Shown: positions 32,886 to 42,130, counted from the stretch's first letter. The stretch: 52,586 nt of DNA from Pirellulales bacterium (GCA_040901675.1 JBBDYJ010000004.1:1-52586); one strand, 5' to 3'. Notes: generated by a model from the letters alone, not told the origin. Numbers and translations: made by a program.

Positions 32886-33045
32886 CCTCCGAGCCACCCA
32901 TTTACGGGCCCTCCCCCTGGCAGCTAGCAGGTGCCAGAGACCGAAGACCAGGCGCGCAAGCCCACGTCTGGTATCTTGAACGACGCGGTGTCGCGCTGCC
33001 CGTGCTGCAATCCGCCGCAGGCGGAACCCAACTGATGCGGCGCAG

Positions 33046-33091
33046 CACTGCTTCTCGGCCCCGACACAGCGGGGCCTCCAAGCAGTGGCAC
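33046..33091 (-). repeat. Repeat family C hairpin (gtgccactgct...agcagtg), empty long form
   Basis: Filled copy at 22152-22221; short-loop forms at 73-101 and 50541-50569. Confidence 0.82.
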
Positions 33092-33158
33092 CTCCGGTGA
33101 CGGGGTCAGAAGTCAGAGGTCAGAGGTCAGAAGTCAGAGGTCAGAGGTCCGAAGTCAC

Positions 33159-33746
33159 ATGTCCTACCTGGATCACGACTTCTTTGCACGCGATACCGTC
33201 ACCGTCGCGCGCGAGCTGATCGGCGCGCGGCTGATCGTGGGCGATTGCCGGGCTCGCATCGTCGAGACCGAGGCCTACACCACCGACGCCGCTTCGCACG
33301 CCGTCACCCGGCGCCATGCGGCCTCGATCATGCACCACACGTATGGGCACGTCTACGTCTACAAAATCTATGGAATCCACTTCTGCTTGAACTTCACCAC
33401 CGAGCGCGAAGGAGCAGGGGCCGTTCTGATCCGCGCGGCCCAGCCGCTGGCCGGCATCCAGCAGATGGTCCGGCGCCGCCGCCTCGACGACCGCCGCAAC
33501 CTGCTGCGAGGTCCCGGACGGCTGTGCCAGGCTCTGGGCATCGACCTCAGCCAGAATGGCCTCCCATTGGGAGGACCGATCAAGCTGAAGGCGGCCTCCG
33601 CTCCGGCCGTGGTGGTCCAAGGGCCCCGCATCGGCATCACGCGCGCAACGCAGCTCGAGTGGCGGTTCTATGAGCCCGACAACCCTTACGTCACACTCAG
33701 CCGACTGCGTCCGGCTCGAACCCGGATCGAATCCAGGCTAGACTGA
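33159..33746 (+). CDS. mpg: DNA-3-methyladenine glycosylase (MPG/AAG family)
   Basis: IVETEAY, YVY.IYG.H.CLN, AVLIRA, GPG.LCQALGI, PRIGI. Confidence 0.93.
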   Translation: MSYLDHDFFARDTVTVARELIGARLIVGDCRARIVETEAYTTDAASHAVTRRHAASIMHHTYGHVYVYKIYGIHFCLNFTTEREGAGAVLIRAAQPLAGIQQMVRRRRLDDRRNLLRGPGRLCQALGIDLSQNGLPLGGPIKLKAASAPAVVVQGPRIGITRATQLEWRFYEPDNPYVTLSRLRPARTRIESRLD

Positions 33747-33798
33747 ACCATGGTTCCCGCCGGCCGCTCGATCGACTGAACGAAGCTGAAAGCAAGCC

Positions 33799-35199
33799 AT
33801 GACGGTGCTTGGACGAACGCGTTTGAAGAGGCTCTTCAAAGCGGACCCTGCGTGCCTGCGGGATAAGCGTGCCCCCGTCTTGTTCTCTTCTGCCCCGGCT
33901 GCCTGGGTCGATGCGTCAGCGTGCCCCAGTCTTCGTTCGTATCCCCCCGCGTTCGCCTTGTCTCCTTGTCTCCTTGTCTCCTTGTCGTTCTTCGTTGCTG
34001 GGGCGGTGCTTGCCGGCTGTTTTGCCAAGCCGGCCCAGGCTCAAAGCCGCCCGCAGTTCGCCGACGCTCGCCAGCGGATGATCGAAGAAGAGATCGTGGC
34101 GGCGGGCGTCAGGGACCCGCGGGTGATCGAGTCGATGCGCGAGACGCTCCGGCACGAGTTCGTGCCCGTCTCCCAGCGCGCCAACGCTTACTACGACATG
34201 GCCCTGCCGATTGGCGAAGGCCAGACGATTTCGCCTCCCTTCATCGTCGCCTACATGACCGAACAGCTCGACCCGCAGCCGGCGGACACCGTGCTCGAAA
34301 TCGGCACCGGCAGCGGCTACCAGGCGGCCGTGCTCAGCCCGCTGGTCCGCACCGTTTACTCGATCGAGATCGTCAAGCCGCTTGGCGAACGGGCCTCCAG
34401 GACCCTCAAGCGGCTCAAGTACGACAACGTTTTCACCAAGGTGGGCGACGGCTACCAGGGCTGGCCCGAACATGCCCCCTTCGACAAGATCATCGTCACC
34501 TGCTCGCCCGAGAACGTGCCGCAGGCGCTCGTCGAGCAGCTCAAGGAAGGAGGCCGCATGATCATCCCCCTGGGCGAGCGCTACCAGCAGACGCTGTACC
34601 TGTTTCGCAAGCAGGATGGCAAGCTGGTCTCCGAGGTTCTGTTGCCCACGTTGTTCGTGCCGATGACCGGCGCCGCGGAAGAGCGCCGCCAGGTCCAGCC
34701 CGACCCCCTGAAGCCCGCCATCTACAACGGCAGCTTCGAAGAACTCTCCGACGAGGGCGAGCAGGCTCACCCGCTCGGCTGGCACTACATCCGGCAGATG
34801 CAGCGGGTCGAAGCCGCAGACGCTCCGCAAGGGACCAGCTACGTCACCTTTGACAACCAGGTGCCCGGCCGCGGCAGCCAGGCCCTGCAGGCCTTTGCCG
34901 TCGACGGCCGCCAGGTGCGCCAGCTCGATGTTTCGCTCTACGTCCGCATTCAGGGCGTGCGGCCCGGCCAATCGATCCAGCAGCTCCCGCTTTTGGGCAT
35001 CACCTTCTACGACGAGCGGCGATCCGTCGTGGGCCGCCAGATCATCGGCCCCTGGCGAGGCTCGTTCGAGTGGCGCCGCGAGCGCGAGGTCCTGCCCGTT
35101 CCACCGCGTGCCCGCGAGGCCATTCTGCGGATCGGACTATTGGGCGCGGTCGGCCAACTCAGCCTCGATGCGATCGAGCTCGAAGCCGCGAAAGACTGA
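33799..35199 (+). CDS. pcm: Protein-L-isoaspartate O-methyltransferase with C-terminal CBM-like domain; start uncertain
   Basis: RHEFVP, AY.D.ALPIG.GQTIS.P, VLEIGTGSGYQAA, GDGY.GW..APFD.I, FVPM; C-terminal NGSFE...GW domain. Confidence 0.9.
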   Translation: MTVLGRTRLKRLFKADPACLRDKRAPVLFSSAPAAWVDASACPSLRSYPPAFALSPCLLVSLSFFVAGAVLAGCFAKPAQAQSRPQFADARQRMIEEEIVAAGVRDPRVIESMRETLRHEFVPVSQRANAYYDMALPIGEGQTISPPFIVAYMTEQLDPQPADTVLEIGTGSGYQAAVLSPLVRTVYSIEIVKPLGERASRTLKRLKYDNVFTKVGDGYQGWPEHAPFDKIIVTCSPENVPQALVEQLKEGGRMIIPLGERYQQTLYLFRKQDGKLVSEVLLPTLFVPMTGAAEERRQVQPDPLKPAIYNGSFEELSDEGEQAHPLGWHYIRQMQRVEAADAPQGTSYVTFDNQVPGRGSQALQAFAVDGRQVRQLDVSLYVRIQGVRPGQSIQQLPLLGITFYDERRSVVGRQIIGPWRGSFEWRREREVLPVPPRAREAILRIGLLGAVGQLSLDAIELEAAKD

Positions 35200-35223
35200 A
35201 GGCACCTCGATCCAACCGTCGCC

Positions 35224-35394
35224 GGGTGCCTGGTGGGAAAGCGTCAGCGTGCCCCAGTCTTCGTCTTTTTCGCCTCCTCGCCTCATCGTCTTCCCCGGGT
35301 GCCTGGTGGCAAAGCGTCAGCGTGCCCCAGCCTTCGACTTTTTCGCCTCCTCGCGGGTGCCTGGTGGCAAAGCGTCAGCGTGCCCCAGCCTTCG
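35224..35394 (-). repeat. Three tandem copies of repeat family B
   Basis: gggtgcctggtggcaaagcgtcagcgtgccccagccttcg at 35224, 35297 and 35355. Confidence 0.92.
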
Positions 35395-35399
35395 GCGTG

Positions 35400-35545
35400 T
35401 CCCCCACTTGCCGCCACAAGAAGGTAGATTCGCTGGTTGCCAGCTCCTCACTTCGGACGATTCCGAACCACCCCAGCGACATCAGCGCCAATGCAATGAG
35501 CGGAATCGGCCACGGCAGCCTGGCTGCCCAAACGGATGGATGCAT
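35400..35545 (-). pseudogene. 5' fragment of an FtsW/RodA/SpoVE-family gene, truncated at repeats
   Basis: RLPW.I.LIALALMSLGWFGI.RSEEL....FLWRQV resembles SEDS TM1-loop-TM2 start. TATAAT upstream at 35627-35632. Confidence 0.55.
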
Positions 35546-35804
35546 CGGGCCGACTTCACCGAGGCCGGGGCCAAGGGCTTCAAGTTGACGATTTTCTCGC
35601 CGCAGGGCGCGCATCGAACCGGGGGGATTATAGGCCGCCCCGCCAGCCACCCCACGTCAGAACAGCCCAACCCTTGGTGTTCGTTCGGGACTTCTGGCGG
35701 GGGGGCACGCCGCTTGCACAAAATGCCCCTGCCAACTCGCCGAATAATCCAAATATCTCCCATTCAGCCCATTCTTTGCTATCCAGAAAATCTACGCAAA
35801 CTGC

Positions 35805-35833
35805 TTGATTTAACGTGCTACGCTTGCTATGTT
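35805..35833 (+). promoter_or_regulatory. Putative sigma70 promoter of the TIGR03000 gene
   Basis: TTGATT-N17-TATGTT with extended -10 TG, within an AT-rich tract. Confidence 0.5.
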
Positions 35834-35885
35834 GCCGGGGAGAACACCCTCCGTTTATCAACGTGTCTTCAGGGAGCATGGACCC

Positions 35886-36965
35886 ATGTTGCGAAGGAAG
35901 ATAGTAGGCAGATTGCTGGCGGGTGCGGCCTTTGCGGCCGTGGCCTGCGTCGTCGATGTACCTCGGGCAGACGCTTTCTGGGGCCACGGTTCTTCGGGCG
36001 GCTCATACGGTGGCTCGTCGGGCGGATCGTATGGTGGTTCGCAGGGATCGTACGGGGGCAGCCGCGGCGGCTGGTTTCAGCGCCGGCACGCTCGCCGTGG
36101 GATGCGGGCCTACTACCACTCCAGCGGCGGCTCGTCAGGGGGCTGGGGCTACGGGGGCGGCTCGTCGGGCGGGTACGGCTACGCTTCGAGCGGCGGCAGT
36201 TACGGCTACGGCAGTTGGGGTTCCGGCGGCGGGTACGGCGCCGCGTATGGCGGCGCGTACGACACGATGATCGAGTCGGGCGCTCCCTACCGCGAAGCCG
36301 CCCCGTATGGGGAAGGGCCTCCGCCGCCTCCGCCGGGCGACGACCTGCCTCCAGACGCCGACGTGCCTCCCGATCCGGACGAGCCGAGCGCGGGCGGCAC
36401 GAGGCGGCTCATCCCGCTGATGCGCAGCGCCACGCTGAACGTTCGCGTGCCGCTGGAAGCCAAGGTGTACGTCAACGGGTTGGCAACCAGCAGCCGCGGC
36501 AGCTTGCGGCGATACGTATCGAACGGCCTGCAGCCCGGCTACAGCTACACCTATGAGCTGCGTGCCGAGATGGTTCAGGACGGTCGAGTTCTCAGCGAGA
36601 CGAAGACCGTCAAGCTCGAGGCGGGCCAGAGCTCGACGATCGACTTCGCCTTCGCCGATCGAAACGAGCCCAATGAGCGGGTAGCCGCCGCTGGGTTGCG
36701 GACCAGTCTCACGCTCCGCGTGCCGGCCGACGCGCGCGTCTATCTTTCGGGCAACGAGACCAGCTCGTTCGGTGAGGTCCGCCACTTCTCGACCACTCGG
36801 CTGGCCGAGGGAGACCAGTGGCTGGACTACGACATCAAGGTCGAGGTCGACCGCGACGGGCAGACGCTCACCAAAGAGCAGACCGTTTCGCTGGCGGCCG
36901 GCGATGCCCGCGAGCTGACGATCCACTTCGGCGGCCCCGAGCTGGCCCTTACCGCCAGCAAATAG
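35886..36965 (+). CDS. TIGR03000 domain protein (two domains) with Gly/Ser/Tyr-rich N-terminus
   Basis: Signal peptide ending ADA; GSSGGSYGG repeats; twice V.VP..A.VY..G..T.S.G..R.(Y/F). Confidence 0.9.
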   Translation: MLRRKIVGRLLAGAAFAAVACVVDVPRADAFWGHGSSGGSYGGSSGGSYGGSQGSYGGSRGGWFQRRHARRGMRAYYHSSGGSSGGWGYGGGSSGGYGYASSGGSYGYGSWGSGGGYGAAYGGAYDTMIESGAPYREAAPYGEGPPPPPPGDDLPPDADVPPDPDEPSAGGTRRLIPLMRSATLNVRVPLEAKVYVNGLATSSRGSLRRYVSNGLQPGYSYTYELRAEMVQDGRVLSETKTVKLEAGQSSTIDFAFADRNEPNERVAAAGLRTSLTLRVPADARVYLSGNETSSFGEVRHFSTTRLAEGDQWLDYDIKVEVDRDGQTLTKEQTVSLAAGDARELTIHFGGPELALTASK

Positions 36966-37017
36966 TCGTCGTCAGGCCCTTGCGCGATGGCGCACAACGG
37001 GCCCTCCTGCTACAATC

Positions 37018-37056
37018 AACCCTCGCACGAGCCATCCGGCCGTGCGAGGGTTTTTT
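37018..37056 (+). terminator. Intrinsic terminator
   Basis: aaccctcgcacg-loop-cgtgcgagggtttttt. Confidence 0.8.
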
Positions 37057-37191
37057 GTTCCAGCCGCTTCGGGGAGCTTGCCGGCAGCGCCGTTCATTCT
37101 TCAGCCCCGCCGGTGATGCGCCGATATCATCGATATCAGCAGAGACGGCCTGATGTGCTGACTCCTGTCTGACGTTTCCCGCGAGAGCCGC

Positions 37192-37818
37192 ATGGGCGCC
37201 CAGACGAAACCCGCCTCATCACGTTCCGCCCGCCAGCTTGCCGCCTGGCACCGCTGGAGTCCGGCCCGCCGGGCGGTCGTCAGCGCGCTCTTGGCCGCAC
37301 ATCTGTTGGCCGTGCTGGTCGGCCCCTGGTCCAGATCCATTCTGTCCGACTTTTTGAGGGGGGTTTATCGCCCGTACTTGCAAGCGGCTTACCTGGATCA
37401 TGGCTACAAGTTCTTTGCCCCCGACCCGGGGCCGAGTCACCTGATCCGCTACGAGTTGGAGTTCGGGGACGGCCGTCGCGTGGAAGGAATGATGCCGGAT
37501 CGGCGGAAGCACTGGCCCCGCCTGTTATACCATCGGCACTTCATGCTTACGGAGACCATCCCGTCGCCGCTGCTTTCGCCGGCTTGGAATCCGGAGTTGC
37601 CATGGGAGGAGCAAACGCTCTCCGTGCCGCAACAAGCCTATGTCCGATCATACGCCGCCCATTTGATCGAAGCACATCATGGGGCGGAGCGGGTCACCCT
37701 GCACTTGATCGAACATCGTCTGGCCAACCCGCCCGAGGTGCTTGGCGGCATGGAGTTGGACGACCCCAGCTTGTATCTCACGCGCCCGCTGGGATCCTTT
37801 ACGAGGTCGCCGCGATGA
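37192..37818 (+). CDS. Membrane-anchored HTTM partner protein (SdpA/DUF5819-like)
   Basis: One N-terminal TM, YKFFAPDP motif, ATGA overlap with the HTTM gene. Confidence 0.65.
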   Translation: MGAQTKPASSRSARQLAAWHRWSPARRAVVSALLAAHLLAVLVGPWSRSILSDFLRGVYRPYLQAAYLDHGYKFFAPDPGPSHLIRYELEFGDGRRVEGMMPDRRKHWPRLLYHRHFMLTETIPSPLLSPAWNPELPWEEQTLSVPQQAYVRSYAAHLIEAHHGAERVTLHLIEHRLANPPEVLGGMELDDPSLYLTRPLGSFTRSPR

Positions 37819-38843
37819 GGCTAGTCAAACAGTACGTGCTCTCGCTGTCGGCTGCCGCCCGCGACGGCTGGAACCACTTCTGGTTCACGCCCGCCGATCC
37901 GGCCACGCTGGCCCTGATTCGCGTGGCCGCCGGGGCCATGCTGCTCTATACGCACCTGGTATGGACCCTCGATCTCGAAGCTTTCTTCGGCCCGCACAGT
38001 TGGGTGTCGCCCGCGGCGGCCGCCACGGTGCTGCGCGACCCGGACGGCGGCGGCTACGCCTGGAGCCACTTCTGGATCATCCGGGGACCGTTCGCGCTGT
38101 GGACCGCGCACCTGGCGGCACTGGTCCTTTTTGCCATGCTGATGCTCGGATTGTTCAGCCGCGTCGTCTCCGTGCTGGCTTACTTGGCGGCAGTCGGCTA
38201 TGTGAATCGGATCCCGGGCGCGCAGTTCGGCCTCGACCAGATCAACGTCATGTTGGCGATGTACCTGATGATCGGGCCTTCGGGGGCGGCCTGGTCGCTT
38301 GATCGGCTTTGGGCCGCCCGCCGTGCCGGCCATTCGCTGCCTCCCGCACAGCCGGCGGTCAGCGCCAACCTGGCGGTCCGGCTGATTCAGGTGCATATGT
38401 GCGTGATTTACTTCTATGCGGCCCTTGCCAAACTGGGAGGCATAACCTGGTTTAGCGGCGAAGCAATTTGGTACGCGGTCGCGAACCTGGAATACCAGAC
38501 GTTGGATATGACCTGGCTGGCGCGATGGCCGCTGCTGATCGCCTTGATAACTCAAGTGACCCTGTACTGGGAGCTGTCGTTTTGCGTCCTGGTATGGCCT
38601 CGGCTGATCAGGCCGCTGGTATTGCTGATGGGCGTTCCGGTCCACCTGGGCATCGCCTTCTGCATGGGCATGATCACCTTTGGGCTGGTGATGTTGATCG
38701 GCTGCCTGTCGTTCGTCCCGCCCGACCTCGTCCGCCGCCTGCTCCGGTTTCCCTCGGACCGCAAAGCAGGGCAGGCCCGTACTGACCCCATTCATGGGGC
38801 CCGCCGGCTCGTAGCCGCCCCGCCAAAGCAGCCGTCAAAGTAG
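37815..38843 (+). CDS. HTTM domain membrane protein (SdpB/VKGC-like)
   Basis: W.HFWF.P, LA.IR, LGLFSR, G.DQ, SLDR, RLIQ...C.IY..A...KL.G..W..G.A, H.GI...MG...F. Confidence 0.87.
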   Translation: MRLVKQYVLSLSAAARDGWNHFWFTPADPATLALIRVAAGAMLLYTHLVWTLDLEAFFGPHSWVSPAAAATVLRDPDGGGYAWSHFWIIRGPFALWTAHLAALVLFAMLMLGLFSRVVSVLAYLAAVGYVNRIPGAQFGLDQINVMLAMYLMIGPSGAAWSLDRLWAARRAGHSLPPAQPAVSANLAVRLIQVHMCVIYFYAALAKLGGITWFSGEAIWYAVANLEYQTLDMTWLARWPLLIALITQVTLYWELSFCVLVWPRLIRPLVLLMGVPVHLGIAFCMGMITFGLVMLIGCLSFVPPDLVRRLLRFPSDRKAGQARTDPIHGARRLVAAPPKQPSK

Positions 38844-39069
38844 CAGGCATCCCGGCGCGCCGGGATGTGCCGTCCCGCGCAAAGTAGCAGGCACACTCTG
38901 TGTGCCGTCCGCTTCCTCTGCCTTCTGACCCCTGACCACGGGCCCACTCGCCACCCGCCACTGGCCACGATATACTGTCAAAATTCCTGCTACACTTGAG
39001 CTAACGGCATACGAGGGCTACGGCATCCGGAGTATGCCTGCTACTTTGACGGAGTATGCCTGCTACTTT
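38838..39069. repeat. Repeat family D: GTAG-type REP (aaaGTAGcaggcacactccgtgtgccgt) cluster in inverted arrangement
   Basis: Forward copies at 38838 and 38881, reverse copies at 39019 and 39049; more at 45681 and 45716. Confidence 0.85.
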
Positions 39070-39088
39070 TTCCGGGAGGTACGTGGAA

Positions 39089-40138
39089 TTGTTCGAAACT
39101 GTTGCCGTGGTCGGCGCTACCGGGGCCGTGGGCGAGATTATCCGCCGGCTGCTCGAAGAGCGCAGTTTCCCCTTCGGGCGGATCAAGTTCCTCGCCTCAA
39201 AGCGTTCAGCCGGCCGCACGATTACCTTCCAGGGCCGCACCTGGCCCGTGGAGCAGCTCACTCCCCAGGCCTTCGAGGGGGTCGATCTGGCCATCGGCAG
39301 CACTCCCGACGAGGTGGCCCGCGATTTCGCTCCCTGGGCGGTCGAGCGGGGGGCGGTCGTCGTCGATGAGAGCGGCTACTGGCGGATGGACCCCAACGTG
39401 CCGCTGGTCGTTCCTGAAGTCAATCCCGGCGCCGTGGCCAACCATCGAGGCATCATCGCCAGCCCCAACTGCTCGACGACGCAAATGGTCGTGGCCCTCA
39501 AGCCGCTGCACGATGCCGCCCGCGTCAAGCGCGTGGTCGTCAGCACCTACCAGGCTGCCAGCGGAGCAGGAGTGGCCGGCCAGCGCGACCTGGACCAGGG
39601 CACCCGCTCGCGGATCGACGGCCGCCGGCACCGCTGCGAGACTTTTGCCCACCCGATTGCGTTCAACTTGATTCCGCAGATCGGCTCGCCGAAACAGGAG
39701 GGCTACACGTCCGAGGAAATGAAGATGGTCCACGAGACCCGCAAGATCCTCGGCGATCCGGACATGCAGATCTGCGCCACCTGCGTCCGCGTGCCGGTCA
39801 GCAATTGCCACAGCGAGAGCATTCTGGTCGAGACCGAGCGCAAGCTCACTTGCGCGGAGGCCCGCGAGCTGTTCACCGCCATGCCCGGCGTCGTGGTCGT
39901 CGACGACCTGGCGGCCAAGAGCTACCCGATGCCGCTGGACTGCGATGGCCGCGACGAAGTTTTCATCGGCCGCATTCGCGAAGACCTGTCCAGCCCGAAT
40001 GGTTTGGCATTCTGGTGCGTCAGCGACAACCTCCGCAAGGGAGCCGCCACCAACGCCGTGCAGATTGCCGAGCTGCTGGTCGCCCGGGCCCGGCCGGCCG
40101 GGGCTCAAACTGTGGCCGGCGGCCCTTCGAAATATTGA
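39089..40138 (+). CDS. asd: Aspartate-semialdehyde dehydrogenase
   Basis: VAVVGATGAVG, PL.VPEVN, SPNCST, STYQAASGAG, EE.KM..ETRKIL, DNLRKGAA.NAVQIAE. Confidence 0.97.
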   Translation: MFETVAVVGATGAVGEIIRRLLEERSFPFGRIKFLASKRSAGRTITFQGRTWPVEQLTPQAFEGVDLAIGSTPDEVARDFAPWAVERGAVVVDESGYWRMDPNVPLVVPEVNPGAVANHRGIIASPNCSTTQMVVALKPLHDAARVKRVVVSTYQAASGAGVAGQRDLDQGTRSRIDGRRHRCETFAHPIAFNLIPQIGSPKQEGYTSEEMKMVHETRKILGDPDMQICATCVRVPVSNCHSESILVETERKLTCAEARELFTAMPGVVVVDDLAAKSYPMPLDCDGRDEVFIGRIREDLSSPNGLAFWCVSDNLRKGAATNAVQIAELLVARARPAGAQTVAGGPSKY

Positions 40139-40194
40139 TCCAGCCGGTGCCTGGGTCGGCATTTTTTGAGAGTCTCGCGATTCGCGATATCGCC

Positions 40195-40944
40195 GTGCGC
40201 ACGCTCAAGTTGACGCTGTCGTACGACGGCTCCCGCTATGCGGGATGGCAGGCCCAGCCTGGTCAGCTCACGTTGCAGGGGGTGCTGGAGGAGGCGCTGG
40301 CCAAGGTCACCGCCCAGACCGTCCGCGTCGTGGCCAGCGGCCGCACGGATGCCGGCGTACACGCCTTGGGCCAGGTCGTCAGCTTTCAGGTCGATAGCCG
40401 CCTCTCGGCCGAGGTGTTCCAGCAGGCGCTGAATGCCGAGCTGCCGGCCGACGTGGCGGTGCTGGCGGCCGCCGATGCGCCGGACGGCTTTCACGCCATC
40501 CGCGACGCCGTAGGCAAGCGCTATCGCTACGTGATCCACGACGGGCCGGTCCGCGACGTGTTCCGCCGCCAATACGTCTGGCACTATCGGCAGCGGCTCG
40601 ACGAGCAGGCGATGCACCGCGCCGCCCAGCCGCTGGTGGGCCGGCACGACTTCCGCAGCTTCGAGACCGCCTGGCCCCAGCGCGCCAGCAGCGTCCGCAC
40701 GGTCACCGAGATCGCCGTCGAGCGGGGCAGGGGGGGCGCGGCCGACCTGGTCCAGTGCGAGGTGGCTGCCGACGGCTTTTTGTACAACATGGTCCGTGCC
40801 ATCGTGGGCACGCTGGTCGAAGTCGGCCGCGGCGCGCGCGACGAGTCATGGCCTGGCCAGGTGCTGGCCGCCGGCGACCGCGCGGCCGCCGGCATGACCG
40901 CGCCGCCCCAAGGGCTGTTCCTGGTCCAAGTGGACTATCCCTAG
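40195..40944 (+). CDS. truA: tRNA pseudouridine(38-40) synthase TruA
   Basis: YDGS.Y.GWQ.Q, SGRTDAGVHA.GQ, FHA, G.HDF.SF, FLYNMVR, TAPP.GL.L. Confidence 0.97.
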   Translation: MRTLKLTLSYDGSRYAGWQAQPGQLTLQGVLEEALAKVTAQTVRVVASGRTDAGVHALGQVVSFQVDSRLSAEVFQQALNAELPADVAVLAAADAPDGFHAIRDAVGKRYRYVIHDGPVRDVFRRQYVWHYRQRLDEQAMHRAAQPLVGRHDFRSFETAWPQRASSVRTVTEIAVERGRGGAADLVQCEVAADGFLYNMVRAIVGTLVEVGRGARDESWPGQVLAAGDRAAAGMTAPPQGLFLVQVDYP

Positions 40945-40945
40945 C

Positions 40946-42130
40946 ATGCGCGTGGCCCACCTCATCACCCGGCTGATCCTGGGCGGAGCGCAGGAGAACA
41001 CGTTGTTGACCTGCGAGGGACTGCTCGGCGACTACGGCGACGACGTGCTGCTGGTCACCGGGCCGGCGCTGGGACCCGAGGGAAGCCTGCTCGACCGGGC
41101 CCGCCGCCGCGGCGTGCCGCTGGCCATTGTGCCCGAGCTGCGGCGGGCCATCCACCCCTGGCGCGATTGGCGCAGTTATCAGGCCCTCAAGAAGGTCCTC
41201 CGCGACTTTCGTCCCGACGTGGTCCACACCCACAGCGGCAAGGCCGGCCTGTTGGGCCGCGCGGCCGCCAGCGCCCTGGACGTGCCCGCCATCGTGCACG
41301 GCGTACACGGCGCGCCCTTCCATCCTTACCAGAATGCCGCCGCCCGCGCCTTCTTCCAGGCCTGCGAGCGGTGGGCCGCCCGCCGCTGCCATGCCTTGAT
41401 CAGCGTGGCCGACGCCATGACCGACCTGCTGGTCGAAGCCCGCGTGGCGCCGCGCGAAAAGTTCACCACCATCTACAGCGGCATGGAAGTCGAGCCGTTG
41501 CTCGAATCCGCCCCGCACCGCCAGCGCGTCCGCGGCGAGCTCGGCTATCGGGCTCAGCACGTCGTCGTGGGCAAGATTGCCCGCCTGTTCCATCTCAAAG
41601 GGCACGACGACGTCATCGAGGCCGCCCGGCTGCTCTCGGCCCGGCACCCGGACGTCCGTTTCCTCTTCATCGGCGACGGCCTGCTGCGCCAGTCACTCGA
41701 ACGCCGCATTCTCGACGCCGGCATGGAGGGCTTGTTCCAGTTCACCGGTTTGGTGCCGCCCGAGCGGATCCCCGAGCTGCTGTCGGCCATGGACATCGTG
41801 GTCCACGCCAGCTTGCGCGAAGGGCTGGCCCGCGTGCTGCCTCAGGCTCTGATCGCCGGCAAACCGGTCGTCAGCTACGATGTCGATGGAGCGCGGGAGG
41901 TGGTTATTCCCGGCCAGACGGGCTGTCTGCTTGCGCCCCGCGACCGCGCCCAACTGGCGGCCGCCATCGACGACCTCGTGGTCGACCCCGCCCTGCGCGA
42001 GCGGCTGGGCAGCGAGGGCCGCCGCAGGTTTACTGAGCTCTTCCGGCACCAGCACATGACGGCGCGGACCCGCGAGCTGTATCTGCACCTGCTCGCCTCG
42101 CGGCCGGCCCGGCTGCCGGCGCCCGCCTGA
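40946..42130 (+). CDS. Glycosyltransferase family 4
   Basis: GGAQEN, DVVHTH..KAG, KG, EGL..V..QA...GKPVV. Confidence 0.93.
   Translation: MRVAHLITRLILGGAQENTLLTCEGLLGDYGDDVLLVTGPALGPEGSLLDRARRRGVPLAIVPELRRAIHPWRDWRSYQALKKVLRDFRPDVVHTHSGKAGLLGRAAASALDVPAIVHGVHGAPFHPYQNAAARAFFQACERWAARRCHALISVADAMTDLLVEARVAPREKFTTIYSGMEVEPLLESAPHRQRVRGELGYRAQHVVVGKIARLFHLKGHDDVIEAARLLSARHPDVRFLFIGDGLLRQSLERRILDAGMEGLFQFTGLVPPERIPELLSAMDIVVHASLREGLARVLPQALIAGKPVVSYDVDGAREVVIPGQTGCLLAPRDRAQLAAAIDDLVVDPALRERLGSEGRRRFTELFRHQHMTARTRELYLHLLASRPARLPAPA

Noticed and set aside
32930..33050. Cobalamin riboswitch near the B12-binding radical SAM gene
   Set aside because: Fragments (tgcaatcc, gccagagacc) are in the wrong order and on the wrong strand; no complete B12 box.
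35224..35394. Possible mini CRISPR array (three 40-bp repeats)
   Set aside because: The spacers are unequal (33 and 18 nt) and similar to each other, the repeat is dispersed across the window, and there are no cas genes.
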